From IMG/VR virus record IMGVR_UViG_2932604667_000002, positions 81,261 through 126,865 of that record: a stretch of 45,605 nucleotides of DNA; one strand, given 5' to 3'. Position 1 is the first letter of the stretch, and the number at the start of each line of letters is the position of its first letter. A program made the position numbers and the translations under genes. This document shows, one piece after another, positions 34,153 to 41,227 of this stretch. Origin of the DNA: a virus. Taxonomy: Duplodnaviria > Heunggongvirae > Uroviricota > Caudoviricetes. Below the pieces are notes generated by a model. It was given only the letters and a program-made list of their open reading frames with translations, did not search any database and was not told where the DNA came from.

Positions 34153-34653
34153 CTAGTGTCGCCCCCTCGGACTCCTCGTCGGCGCCACCGGCCTGTCAGG
34201 GTCGGGGATCTCGTGACCCAACCGGCGAATGTGGGTGAGTCGGCTCGACGTGCTGGGGAACTGGAGCCCGCAGCCGCACTCCCACACCTCCTCAATGTTG
34301 TCGGGGAACCACCACGCAATCTTCCCCGCAGGAGTCCCCTTGTGAGACCTTTCGGCATGCCCCTTGCGGTCTCGCAGCAGGACCCACCTGTCCGGGCAGA
34401 GTCCGCACTGGACACGCAGAGCGGGGACCGGGGCCACCACTGGTGTCGGCTTCGCCGGCGCTGACGCAGCACTCCCCCCGCGTCCCTTGACCGCCGCCAC
34501 CAGGCCCGCCATCGGCCCGTACAGCGCCTCGTCACAGGTGGAGCACAGGTCGACCTCCTCACCCTCGATCGCCCGCGTGATCGAGGCGTGGACCTTCTCC
34601 TGGTGCTGCCACAGGTCGTTATCGCAGAACCGGACGATGACGACTTCCTGCAT
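34153..34653 (-). CDS. Lsr2-dimerisation-like N-terminus with two C2H2-like zinc fingers
   Basis: EVVIVRFCD...IEGEEVDLCSTCDEAL..PM; CGLC..H....H and CGCG..F.....H....H. Confidence 0.6.
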   Translation of the reverse strand: MQEVVIVRFCDNDLWQHQEKVHASITRAIEGEEVDLCSTCDEALYGPMAGLVAAVKGRGGSAASAPAKPTPVVAPVPALRVQCGLCPDRWVLLRDRKGHAERSHKGTPAGKIAWWFPDNIEEVWECGCGLQFPSTSSRLTHIRRLGHEIPDPDRPVAPTRSPRGRH

Positions 34654-34985
34654 CACAGCTCCCCGAGGCGACGAAGAGACTCCACCCGCATGGAAGCGCG
34701 GCCAGCCGCTGAGACACGCCCCAGGCCCTCCATCCGGTAACCGTCGGCGTAGTCGTAGGAGTTCGAGATGAGGGTCCCGTCGATGCCGAGGACCCTGGTA
34801 CGGCTTGTGCCGCAGCGGCCGCACTGGGTGGACCAGTGGAACTGTCCTTCGCTGCGTCGCACAGTCGACCGCAGCGGATCCCAGGAGTGGCTCCAGGTGC
34901 GGCACAGCAACGCCTCGGTGTCGAGCGAGGCGGCAAACTTCGAGACTTCGTCCAGGTCCGCCGCTTGTGGTGTGCGTGTGGTCAT
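34653..34985 (-). CDS. Conserved actinophage Zn-binding hypothetical protein
   Basis: LLCRTWSHSW...CGRCGT.R...YDYADGY; TGATG coupling. Confidence 0.75.
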   Translation of the reverse strand: MTTRTPQAADLDEVSKFAASLDTEALLCRTWSHSWDPLRSTVRRSEGQFHWSTQCGRCGTSRTRVLGIDGTLISNSYDYADGYRMEGLGRVSAAGRASMRVESLRRLGEL

Positions 34986-35170
34986 GTGCTCCCTCTGCAT
35001 GCATCAGCGTGGGCTCAGCCGTCCTGGCTGGCCCATCTCCGATGCGGCGGGAGAAGCAGAGAGGTGGGGCGCCGCACATCAGCTACGCAACCGCGAAGCT
35101 GACCAGTAATCCAAGCACGTCCCGACGCCGGCGAGGAGCAACTGCGGCAGGAAAGCCAGGCAGAAACAGA

Positions 35171-35206
35171 AAGAGGGCGCCGGACTGAGTAGTCCAGCGC
35201 CCTCTT
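35171..35206 (-). terminator. Intrinsic terminator
   Basis: AAGAGGGCGC/GCGCCCTCTT stem, T-rich tail on minus strand. Confidence 0.75.
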
Positions 35207-35215
35207 CCGCGACGG

Positions 35216-35860
35216 TCAGGAGTCGGACGAGGCCGACTGCCGGTTGCGGCGACGCTCCCTGCCCACGGTCTTGTTCCAGGAGTTCGCCGTGCCGTTCATC
35301 AACTGCGACCAGGCCGCCGTGGAGACGCCAGCCTGCGCGGCGAGCTCGGTCGGCGTCATCCTCGCGCCGTACACGCCGGTCTGGATGTTGAGGCCGAGGA
35401 TCCGGCGCATCTCCCGCGCGGTCGTCCCGATGGCCTCGTTCTTGACGATCTCAGCGTGGACGGTCCTGGCCTCCTCCAGCGCCGCCGCCTGTTCTTCCGG
35501 GCTCTTGTTCAGCCAGACCCGCTGCCCCTTCCGGATTGCCCGGCCAGGCAGATGACGCTCGTCGACCTTGTCCAGTGCCCGGTTAATGACGCGCCGGTCA
35601 GCCACGTCCGCCTGGCGGCCGATCTCCGCCTTGGACATCTCGTACTTCAGGTGCAGCAAACCGAACGCAATCCGGCGCCGGTTGTACAGCTCGTCCATCT
35701 CCGGAGTGCGGCGGTAGACACGGGCCGCGATCTGGGAGGCGGTGGCGAACCGGGCTATGGGGTCCGGGATCGCCTCCAGCTCCGCTAGCGTCTCGGGGCT
35801 CGCGTTGAGCTTGTCCATGTCCGCGTCAGTCATCGCGTCCAGCACGGGTGTGTTAGTCAT
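35216..35860 (-). CDS. Putative DNA-binding regulator with two HTH-like segments
   Basis: MSKAEIGRQADVADRRVINRAL and MTPTELAAQAGVSTAAWSQLMNG; AGGAGG RBS. Confidence 0.65.
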   Translation of the reverse strand: MTNTPVLDAMTDADMDKLNASPETLAELEAIPDPIARFATASQIAARVYRRTPEMDELYNRRRIAFGLLHLKYEMSKAEIGRQADVADRRVINRALDKVDERHLPGRAIRKGQRVWLNKSPEEQAAALEEARTVHAEIVKNEAIGTTAREMRRILGLNIQTGVYGARMTPTELAAQAGVSTAAWSQLMNGTANSWNKTVGRERRRNRQSASSDS

Positions 35861-35914
35861 GTCAACCTCCTTGTCTCCTGCTCTGGATCGCATCGCTCTG
35901 GGATCCGATCACAT

Positions 35915-35942
35915 ATTGTACCGGTAATTAACTCCTCGGCAA
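35915..35942 (-). promoter_or_regulatory. Partial early cassette: TTGCCG-16-TACAAT with TACCGGTA palindrome, no shared leader
   Basis: Shares -35, palindrome and -10 with E1-E6. Confidence 0.7.
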
Positions 35943-36185
35943 TCATAAAGATCGCGGCGTGGCGTCTTCTTTACCTTCCAGCTCGGACTCCACGACGATC
36001 GCCGAGACGGCGGTGCCCGGTGCCAGAAGCACCTCGACCCGGTCGGGGTCGAGCGCCACGGCGCACATGTATCCGACCGGCTGACCAGCAGGGTCCTCGC
36101 ACCGCACACCGACCGACGTCGTGCCCAGGTCGTGCTGTACGACGACGATGCCGTCAGCGTCCGCCGTCACCCGCTCCAACCGCAT
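35943..36185 (-). CDS. Hypothetical protein
   Basis: GGAG + ATG 36185. Confidence 0.55.
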   Translation of the reverse strand: MRLERVTADADGIVVVQHDLGTTSVGVRCEDPAGQPVGYMCAVALDPDRVEVLLAPGTAVSAIVVESELEGKEDATPRSL

Positions 36186-36453
36186 CCGTGGTCTCCTCGT
36201 TCTCCTCCATGCCGATGAGCTCGTTGAGCCGACCCACCGGCAGCGCGTCACCCGCCTTCGCGGTGACCTTGGTGGTGCCGTATGACCACCAGTGCGCCTC
36301 CGCCGGGCCGTGGTCGGCCACGTAGCGCCGCGCCCGGTCCACGTGCGGCAGGGCCGCCTCCCGGTCACTGTAGGGGCCGAGCAGCGGCAGCCACTTCGTC
36401 GCCGTCGTCCTGGCGGTCACGTAGAACCCGATGCCGGTCGTGGTCTCGTTCAT
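36154..36453 (-). CDS. Hypothetical protein
   Basis: GAGGAG RBS; FYVTA...LLGPY pattern. Confidence 0.7.
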   Translation of the reverse strand: MNETTTGIGFYVTARTTATKWLPLLGPYSDREAALPHVDRARRYVADHGPAEAHWWSYGTTKVTAKAGDALPVGRLNELIGMEENEETTDAVGAGDGGR

Positions 36454-36508
36454 GGGATCTCCTCTCGGGTCGCCCAGGTCGCTCCCCTGGACGAGGCGGG
36501 GGACGGGC

Positions 36509-37648
36509 TTATCGCGGCTGCACCGTCATGAGCACGTGGAAGTAGTCGGCGTCGCCCTCGGGGGCGTCGGCGGGGGTGAAAAGGACCGACTTCTTCGGCC
36601 CATGCAGACTCCACCGGATGGAGGTGCTCCGGAACGCGGACAGCGCCTGCAGCAGGAACTCGGCGCCGAGCGCCATGCGCATCCCCTCGCCGGTGACCTC
36701 CGCCTCCAGCGGTTCGGCCATCGCCTTGGCGTCCTCGCCGGACTCCAGTAACATCCCGCCGTCCGCATCGAAGGTCACGTACACCGGCTTGTTCTTCTCC
36801 AGGACCAGCTTGGCCCGCTTGATCGCCTCCACCAGCGGAGCGACCGGCGTGATCACCGTCGTCGAGCCGCCCTTCGCGCCGTTCACGAATGTCCGATAAT
36901 TCACGGTGTCGGCGTCGATCAGCCGCGCTATGGCCTGCCGATCGCCCATCTGGAAGCCGATCATCGCCGGGCGGAGGACGCCGCCCTCCATTCCCCGGTC
37001 GCCGGCCAGAACCAGGCCAACCTCTCCCTCAGCGGCGCGGGCGACGTCCTCCAGGAAGGCAGGGGAGACGATCGCCGCGGCGACGAGGTCCTCGACCGGC
37101 TCCCATGACAGCGGCACCATCGCGACCCGGTACCGGTCGGTGGCCATGACGGTCAACTGGTCGCCGTCGATGTCGAACATCACCCCGGTGATGGTGGCGA
37201 GCTGCGAGCCGACCTCGGGCACGAACTTGGTCTGCTCGATCGCGCGCCGCAGGTCGACGGCGTCGACCGTCCCGCACGGCTCCGGGATGGTCGGCAGCGT
37301 CGGGTAGTCGTCCTCCGGCATCCGGGGGAGGGTGAAGCGAGGCTTGCCCGACGTCACGGTCACCGAGCTGTCGCTGACCTCGATGTCGAGTATCTGCCGC
37401 GCCGGCATGGACTGCAGGACCTGCGCGAGGAGCTTGCCCGGGACGAGGAAACGGCACGTGTCCGCGACCTCGACGGGCACGCTCGCCTGCAGCGAGATCT
37501 CGTAGTCCCAGCCGGACAGAGTGAGGCGTTCGCCGTCGGACTCCACGAGCATGCCCGACATGATCGGCACCGCAGACATGCTCGGTATGGCGCGGGCGAC
37601 CCAGGCGGCGGCGTCGGCCAGGGCGTCACGCGAGACGGAGATTCTCAT
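36509..37648 (-). CDS. dnaN: DNA polymerase III beta sliding clamp, divergent phage copy
   Basis: RISVSRDALADAAAWVAR, DYEIS, LVPGKLL, MPEDDYPTLP, MATDRYR, RLID motifs of actinobacterial DnaN. Confidence 0.93.
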   Translation of the reverse strand: MRISVSRDALADAAAWVARAIPSMSAVPIMSGMLVESDGERLTLSGWDYEISLQASVPVEVADTCRFLVPGKLLAQVLQSMPARQILDIEVSDSSVTVTSGKPRFTLPRMPEDDYPTLPTIPEPCGTVDAVDLRRAIEQTKFVPEVGSQLATITGVMFDIDGDQLTVMATDRYRVAMVPLSWEPVEDLVAAAIVSPAFLEDVARAAEGEVGLVLAGDRGMEGGVLRPAMIGFQMGDRQAIARLIDADTVNYRTFVNGAKGGSTTVITPVAPLVEAIKRAKLVLEKNKPVYVTFDADGGMLLESGEDAKAMAEPLEAEVTGEGMRMALGAEFLLQALSAFRSTSIRWSLHGPKKSVLFTPADAPEGDADYFHVLMTVQPR

Positions 37649-37890
37649 CGGGCCATCTCCAACAGGGCTTCGAACCCGGGCAGCGGCGGCTGAACGCCGT
37701 CGGGGACCGCGATGTAGTCCTCCAGCCCCTCTAGGGCCTCGTCGATGTGGCCCTGCGTGACGGCCAGGCCGATCAGCGCGCGACGGTCGTTGTGGTCGGT
37801 CCGAGAGATGACATCGTCGGCGTACGCCTGCTCGACGATGAACGCCGCCTGCGCGCGATCCGCGTCGGTGGGGACGCTCGGGTTACCCAT
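37645..37890 (-). CDS. DUF1707/SHOCT-like small protein
   Basis: DADRAQAAFIVEQAYADDVIS..D...R pattern; GGAGG RBS. Confidence 0.6.
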   Translation of the reverse strand: MGNPSVPTDADRAQAAFIVEQAYADDVISRTDHNDRRALIGLAVTQGHIDEALEGLEDYIAVPDGVQPPLPGFEALLEMAR

Positions 37891-38047
37891 GGATACCTCC
37901 ATAGATCAGGTAGTGGATGAGGCCGGCCACGATGTAGCAGCCAGCCAGGAAGAGGAAGCCGCCGATGATGACGGCCGCCGCGATGAACGGAAGAACGAGG
38001 ATCCGGCCGACGAGGTCGATCCGGTGGCGGCGACGGATGATGTCCAC
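37883..38047 (-). CDS. Small membrane protein (54 aa, below ORF-track cutoff)
   Basis: AAGGGGG + GTG; long hydrophobic stretch ILVLPFIAAAVIIGGFLFLAGCYIVAGLIHYLI. Confidence 0.65.
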   Translation of the reverse strand: MDIIRRRHRIDLVGRILVLPFIAAAVIIGGFLFLAGCYIVAGLIHYLIYGGIHG

Positions 38048-38056
38048 GACGCCCCC

Positions 38057-38413
38057 TTACGCGGCCTCGACCAGGGCGGGCGTGGCGGGGGCCGCCGCTG
38101 CCGCCGTGTCGAGCGTGTCGAGTGCGTCCTGCAGGTCCTGCTCGACCTGCTCCTCGTACGCCTCGTCGTCGACGGGGCCGTCGTCGTCGTACAGACCCAT
38201 CCGGGTCGCCGAGCCGCCAGCCAGAGCGAGCTTCTCCTGCCCCATCAACGCGCGCCAGATCGGGCGCCACAGGTTCAGCAGGTTCGAATCGGTCAGCTCG
38301 GTGCCGGAGTAGATGTCCCGCAGAGCGTCGCAGACGGCGCTCCACGCGACGGGCGGGTCCTCGACGAGCTCGGCCAGCTTGCGGCGCCGCTCTGACATGG
38401 GGACACCAGTCAT
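38057..38413 (-). CDS. Hypothetical protein (first gene after E4)
   Basis: GAGGAG + ATG 38413. Confidence 0.72.
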   Translation of the reverse strand: MTGVPMSERRRKLAELVEDPPVAWSAVCDALRDIYSGTELTDSNLLNLWRPIWRALMGQEKLALAGGSATRMGLYDDDGPVDDEAYEEQVEQDLQDALDTLDTAAAAAPATPALVEAA

Positions 38414-38432
38414 GATCTGTCTCCTCGGGGTG

Positions 38433-38487
38433 GTCGGGTCGCTCTCCCAACACCTCTGAATGTACCGGTATTTAACGAGGGCGGCAA
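38433..38487 (-). promoter_or_regulatory. Repeated early cassette E4
   Basis: TTGCCG-17-TACATT, TACCGGTA, full leader. Confidence 0.85.
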
Positions 38488-38510
38488 GAGGGAAATCCCC
38501 CTTGCCGCCC
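38479..38510 (-). terminator. Hairpin/terminator overlapping -35 of E4
   Basis: GGGCGGCAAG/CTTGCCGCCC stem. Confidence 0.6.
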
Positions 38511-38530
38511 ACATTCGACGATTGACCACG

Positions 38531-38818
38531 TCAACGTCGCGCGCTCTCGCTCTCCTTGGAGTGGCGGGGCTGCTCCCAGCCGATGTGCCACACCAGCCAG
38601 GCGGCGCCGGCCGCGATGGCGGCCACGCTCAACCAGCGCTTGCGCCGGAGCTGCGCGCTCAGCGTCTTGGGTCCCGGGGCGGACAGGCACGCCGCCGTCT
38701 CCAGCGCGGCGAACGACGTCGCGACAGCGCCGCCCCACACCGCCCAGGCGAGGGGATACCGGCCGGGGTCGAACTGCACGACGACGGGGGAGGGGAGGGC
38801 CTGCGAAGTCTCGCTCAT
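38531..38818 (-). CDS. Small membrane protein
   Basis: Two hydrophobic segments; WAVW..LETAA..KTLSAQLRR..W. Confidence 0.7.
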   Translation of the reverse strand: MSETSQALPSPVVVQFDPGRYPLAWAVWGGAVATSFAALETAACLSAPGPKTLSAQLRRKRWLSVAAIAAGAAWLVWHIGWEQPRHSKESESARR

Positions 38819-38827
38819 CGTCTCCCC

Positions 38828-39178
38828 CTACGCGAGTTCGAAGTAGTAGGTCCGGCGCCCGTCGCGCGCCGTGACGTCCCAGGGGCCGGCGTGGTTCGCG
38901 GACGCGGCCCAGGCCCGCTGGTCGCAGCCGCGGCCCGCCCACTCGTGGGTGGGCATGGCGCCGGCGCCGAGGGCTCGGCCGATGCAGACCTGCCCGAGCA
39001 GGTCGCGGGCCGAGACCTTCGCCCGGTTGGGGACGGTGGCGAGCGCCTGCTCGAACTCGGCGCCGGTCGCCACGTCACCGCAGCGGGGGCATCGGAACGC
39101 CCAGTTCGCGAGGTCCGAGCCGAACCGCTGCTCGGCCTCGGTCCGTAACTCAGCCTCGCTGAGTGCGCGTGTGATCAT
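38828..39178 (-). CDS. VVA0879-like Cys-rich protein
   Basis: EAEQRFG.D..NWAFRCPRCGDV...CIGR...RGCD pattern; AAGGAG RBS. Confidence 0.7.
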   Translation of the reverse strand: MITRALSEAELRTEAEQRFGSDLANWAFRCPRCGDVATGAEFEQALATVPNRAKVSARDLLGQVCIGRALGAGAMPTHEWAGRGCDQRAWAASANHAGPWDVTARDGRRTYYFELA

Positions 39179-39219
39179 CGTTGTCTCTCCTTGGAGTGAA
39201 GGGGGAAGCGGCTCAGTAG

Positions 39220-39651
39220 TCACCGTCTGGCCGCTCTCTGCCGGCGGAGGTCGTCGAGCCGAACGGCATCTCCGAACGCCGCCAGGATGGTGTCGAACTC
39301 GTCTCGGTGCCTGGCGACGAGCTCGGCCAGCGCCCGCAGCTCGTCGGCGAACACATCAGCCTTCAGCCCGCCGTACACCTGGCGGCCGCCGAAGTTGGTG
39401 TAGGACTCCCGGTAGATGACCTGGACGGGGTCCTCCTGGAAGGTCGCCCAGTTCGCCGCGGTGTCCAGGCAGGTCATGCAGGTGAACAGGGCGGCCCGCT
39501 GCTTGCCCATCTCGCGGATCCGCGCCTTGAGCTCGTCCTGGGTGATGGCGGAGCGGACGTCGCCAGCCGGGCGCCCGCATTCGGTGATCTCGTTGCCGGG
39601 GGAGCGCCACGGCAGCAGTGGGCGGATGACATGGTCACGCGGCTGGGGCAC
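39220..39651 (-). CDS. Hypothetical Zn-binding protein
   Basis: TECGR...TCMTC; AAAGGA + GTG 39651. Confidence 0.7.
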   Translation of the reverse strand: MPQPRDHVIRPLLPWRSPGNEITECGRPAGDVRSAITQDELKARIREMGKQRAALFTCMTCLDTAANWATFQEDPVQVIYRESYTNFGGRQVYGGLKADVFADELRALAELVARHRDEFDTILAAFGDAVRLDDLRRQRAARR

Positions 39652-39691
39652 GTTCAGGTCCTTTCGCGGGTGGAAACGATGTGGCGATCTG

Positions 39692-40045
39692 TCACCAGCT
39701 CCCGATCCCTCGCGCGCCGGCGCGGGAGGCCACTCGGGTGACGGTCTCGGGAAGCTCGTCGGGGGTGAAGCAGGCACTCCCTCGCCAGTGCGCGACGTCG
39801 TAGGTGTCGGGCTGGCCCGGCTCGCCGGTCAGGCGGTAACAGGGGATGACCAGGAGGCGGTCTCCGGTGTAGTTCGGGGCGACGGCGATGTGCCGGTTGC
39901 TGCCACCGAGCCGGAACCGAAGCGCGGCCCGGTCGGGGTTCTTGATGGAGTAGCTCGTGACGTCGCGGGCGCCGATCCTTACGAGGGTGTCCAGGCCGAC
40001 GGCGGCCTTCAGGTCGTCGCTGCTCATGGCGGTGTATCGGTGCAT
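39692..40045 (-). CDS. Hypothetical protein (first gene after E5)
   Basis: GAAGGAG + ATG 40045. Confidence 0.72.
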   Translation of the reverse strand: MHRYTAMSSDDLKAAVGLDTLVRIGARDVTSYSIKNPDRAALRFRLGGSNRHIAVAPNYTGDRLLVIPCYRLTGEPGQPDTYDVAHWRGSACFTPDELPETVTRVASRAGARGIGSW

Positions 40046-40062
40046 AACCATCTCCTTCGGGT

Positions 40063-40118
40063 GTCGGGTCGCTCTCCCAACACCTCCGAAAGTACCGGTA
40101 TTTAGCACGTCGATGCAA
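40063..40118 (-). promoter_or_regulatory. Repeated early cassette E5
   Basis: TTGCAT-18-TACTTT, TACCGGTA, full leader. Confidence 0.82.
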
Positions 40119-40512
40119 GCCGTGCGGGGAATTCGAACCACACCACGGTGCCGGCGCCGTCAGGCCTCCAGTCCCACCGCTGAGCGGTCCGAGCGATGAT
40201 GTCCATCCCGCGGCCGCCGGTCCGGTCCTCGCGAGGGGCACGCACGGTCGGCAGCGAGCTGGCCCCGCCGGCGTCTCGAACGGCGACGCGGAACACCTGG
40301 GCCTGGACCTCTACCTCGACGGTGAACATTCCGCCGGCGTCGCCCGAGGCGGTGTGGACGATGGCGTTGGTCGCCGCCTCTGACACGAGCAGCGTCGCCT
40401 CGTCCAGGTGGTCCAGCCCAGCCAGGGCGTCCTGAACGAAACGCCGGACGGCGGACACGGATCGGGGGTGGCCGATGAACTCTTGACGGCTGATCACAGT
40501 TGGGGGTGCCAT
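40102..40512 (-). CDS. HATPase_c anti-sigma-factor-type ATP-binding protein (RsbW-like)
   Basis: SVSAVRRFV, LLVSEAATNAIVH (N box), VRDAG (G1), GGRGMDII (G2), GTVVWFEF. Confidence 0.92.
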   Translation of the reverse strand: MAPPTVISRQEFIGHPRSVSAVRRFVQDALAGLDHLDEATLLVSEAATNAIVHTASGDAGGMFTVEVEVQAQVFRVAVRDAGGASSLPTVRAPREDRTGGRGMDIIARTAQRWDWRPDGAGTVVWFEFPARLASTC

Positions 40513-40657
40513 GTTGTCCTCGCAGGTTGCGCAGCTTGGTACGGGCTTACCTGTGACGGGAGCCGGGCAACCCCCCTGATCGGCAATCCTCTCGCCCAGG
40601 AGTGAAGCGCCAGACTAAGCAGGCGCCCGGCGTCCGGTCACGACCCGGTGTGAATGG

Positions 40658-40810
40658 TCAACTGGAGGTCTCTCCGGAGGTGTCGGCGCTCGCGGTGCCG
40701 GTGCCCTGGCAGCCGCCGCAGGTGATGTAGCCGACCGGCGGGTTCCAGATCAGACCATCGACGCAGCCGTGGCCACAGCCGCCGCGGACGATGCGGATGA
40801 TGAAAGGCAT
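40658..40810 (-). CDS. Small DnaJ-type Zn-finger peptide (50 aa)
   Basis: GAAGGAG + ATG 40810; CGHGCVDG and CGGCQGTG. Confidence 0.65.
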   Translation of the reverse strand: MPFIIRIVRGGCGHGCVDGLIWNPPVGYITCGGCQGTGTASADTSGETSS

Positions 40811-40869
40811 GGTGAGTCTCCTTCGGTAGACCCGCATCGCTCTAACGGGTTCAAGACCACTGTAGGACT

Positions 40870-40967
40870 CGGCCAGGGATTCGTACATAAGTGCGACGTC
40901 GGGATACGAAAGACAAACTCCCAGGTTATGGCTCGACAACCACGTCGAATGTCCCCGTATTTAGCCG
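40870..40967 (+). ncRNA. Y-RNA-like element 1 (degenerate tRNA-like module)
   Basis: Closing stems CGGC/GCCG, ACAU/AUGU, CGACGU/ACGUCG around AAGUG; inner hairpins, one ending GGCUCGACAACC as in element 3. Confidence 0.5.
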
Positions 40968-40980
40968 CTACGGTGGTCGA

Positions 40981-41059
40981 GCACTCCGAAGTGCAGGCGA
41001 CGGTTACTTCACAGCGCATGTGGTTTCCAGTTCCCGACGCCGACTCGTTATCGGAGGGC
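40981..41059 (+). ncRNA. Y-RNA-like element 2 (Ro-binding stem, no tRNA module)
   Basis: CUCCGA/UCGGAG closing stem; GAAGUG.AGGCGACGG.UACUUC and CCCGACGCC shared with element 3. Confidence 0.6.
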
Positions 41060-41072
41060 ATGAGGCTTCACG

Positions 41073-41186
41073 CAGTGCCTGAAGTGAAGGCGACGGATAC
41101 TTCTTCGCAGGTTCGACTCCTGCACCTGGTTCCGCCAGGTGTGTCGACGGCTCGACAACCCGACGCCACCTAGTTGTCAGGCGCTG
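41073..41186 (+). ncRNA. yrlA: YrlA-like Y RNA, circularly permuted tRNA mimic
   Basis: 10-bp terminal stem; T arm GCAGG-UUCGACU-CCUGC, then closed acceptor hairpin ACCUGG/CCAGGU, then D arm GUCG-ACGGCU-CGAC; 41 nt upstream of TROVE gene. Confidence 0.8.
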
Positions 41187-41227
41187 ACCGCCCGCCCTCC
41201 CACCCCTGCCACACGACGAGGGCCATC

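Noticed and set aside
41107-41156. Canonical tRNA gene
   Set aside because: T arm precedes the D arm, acceptor is closed by a loop, and there is no anticodon loop or CCA; fits a permuted YrlA instead
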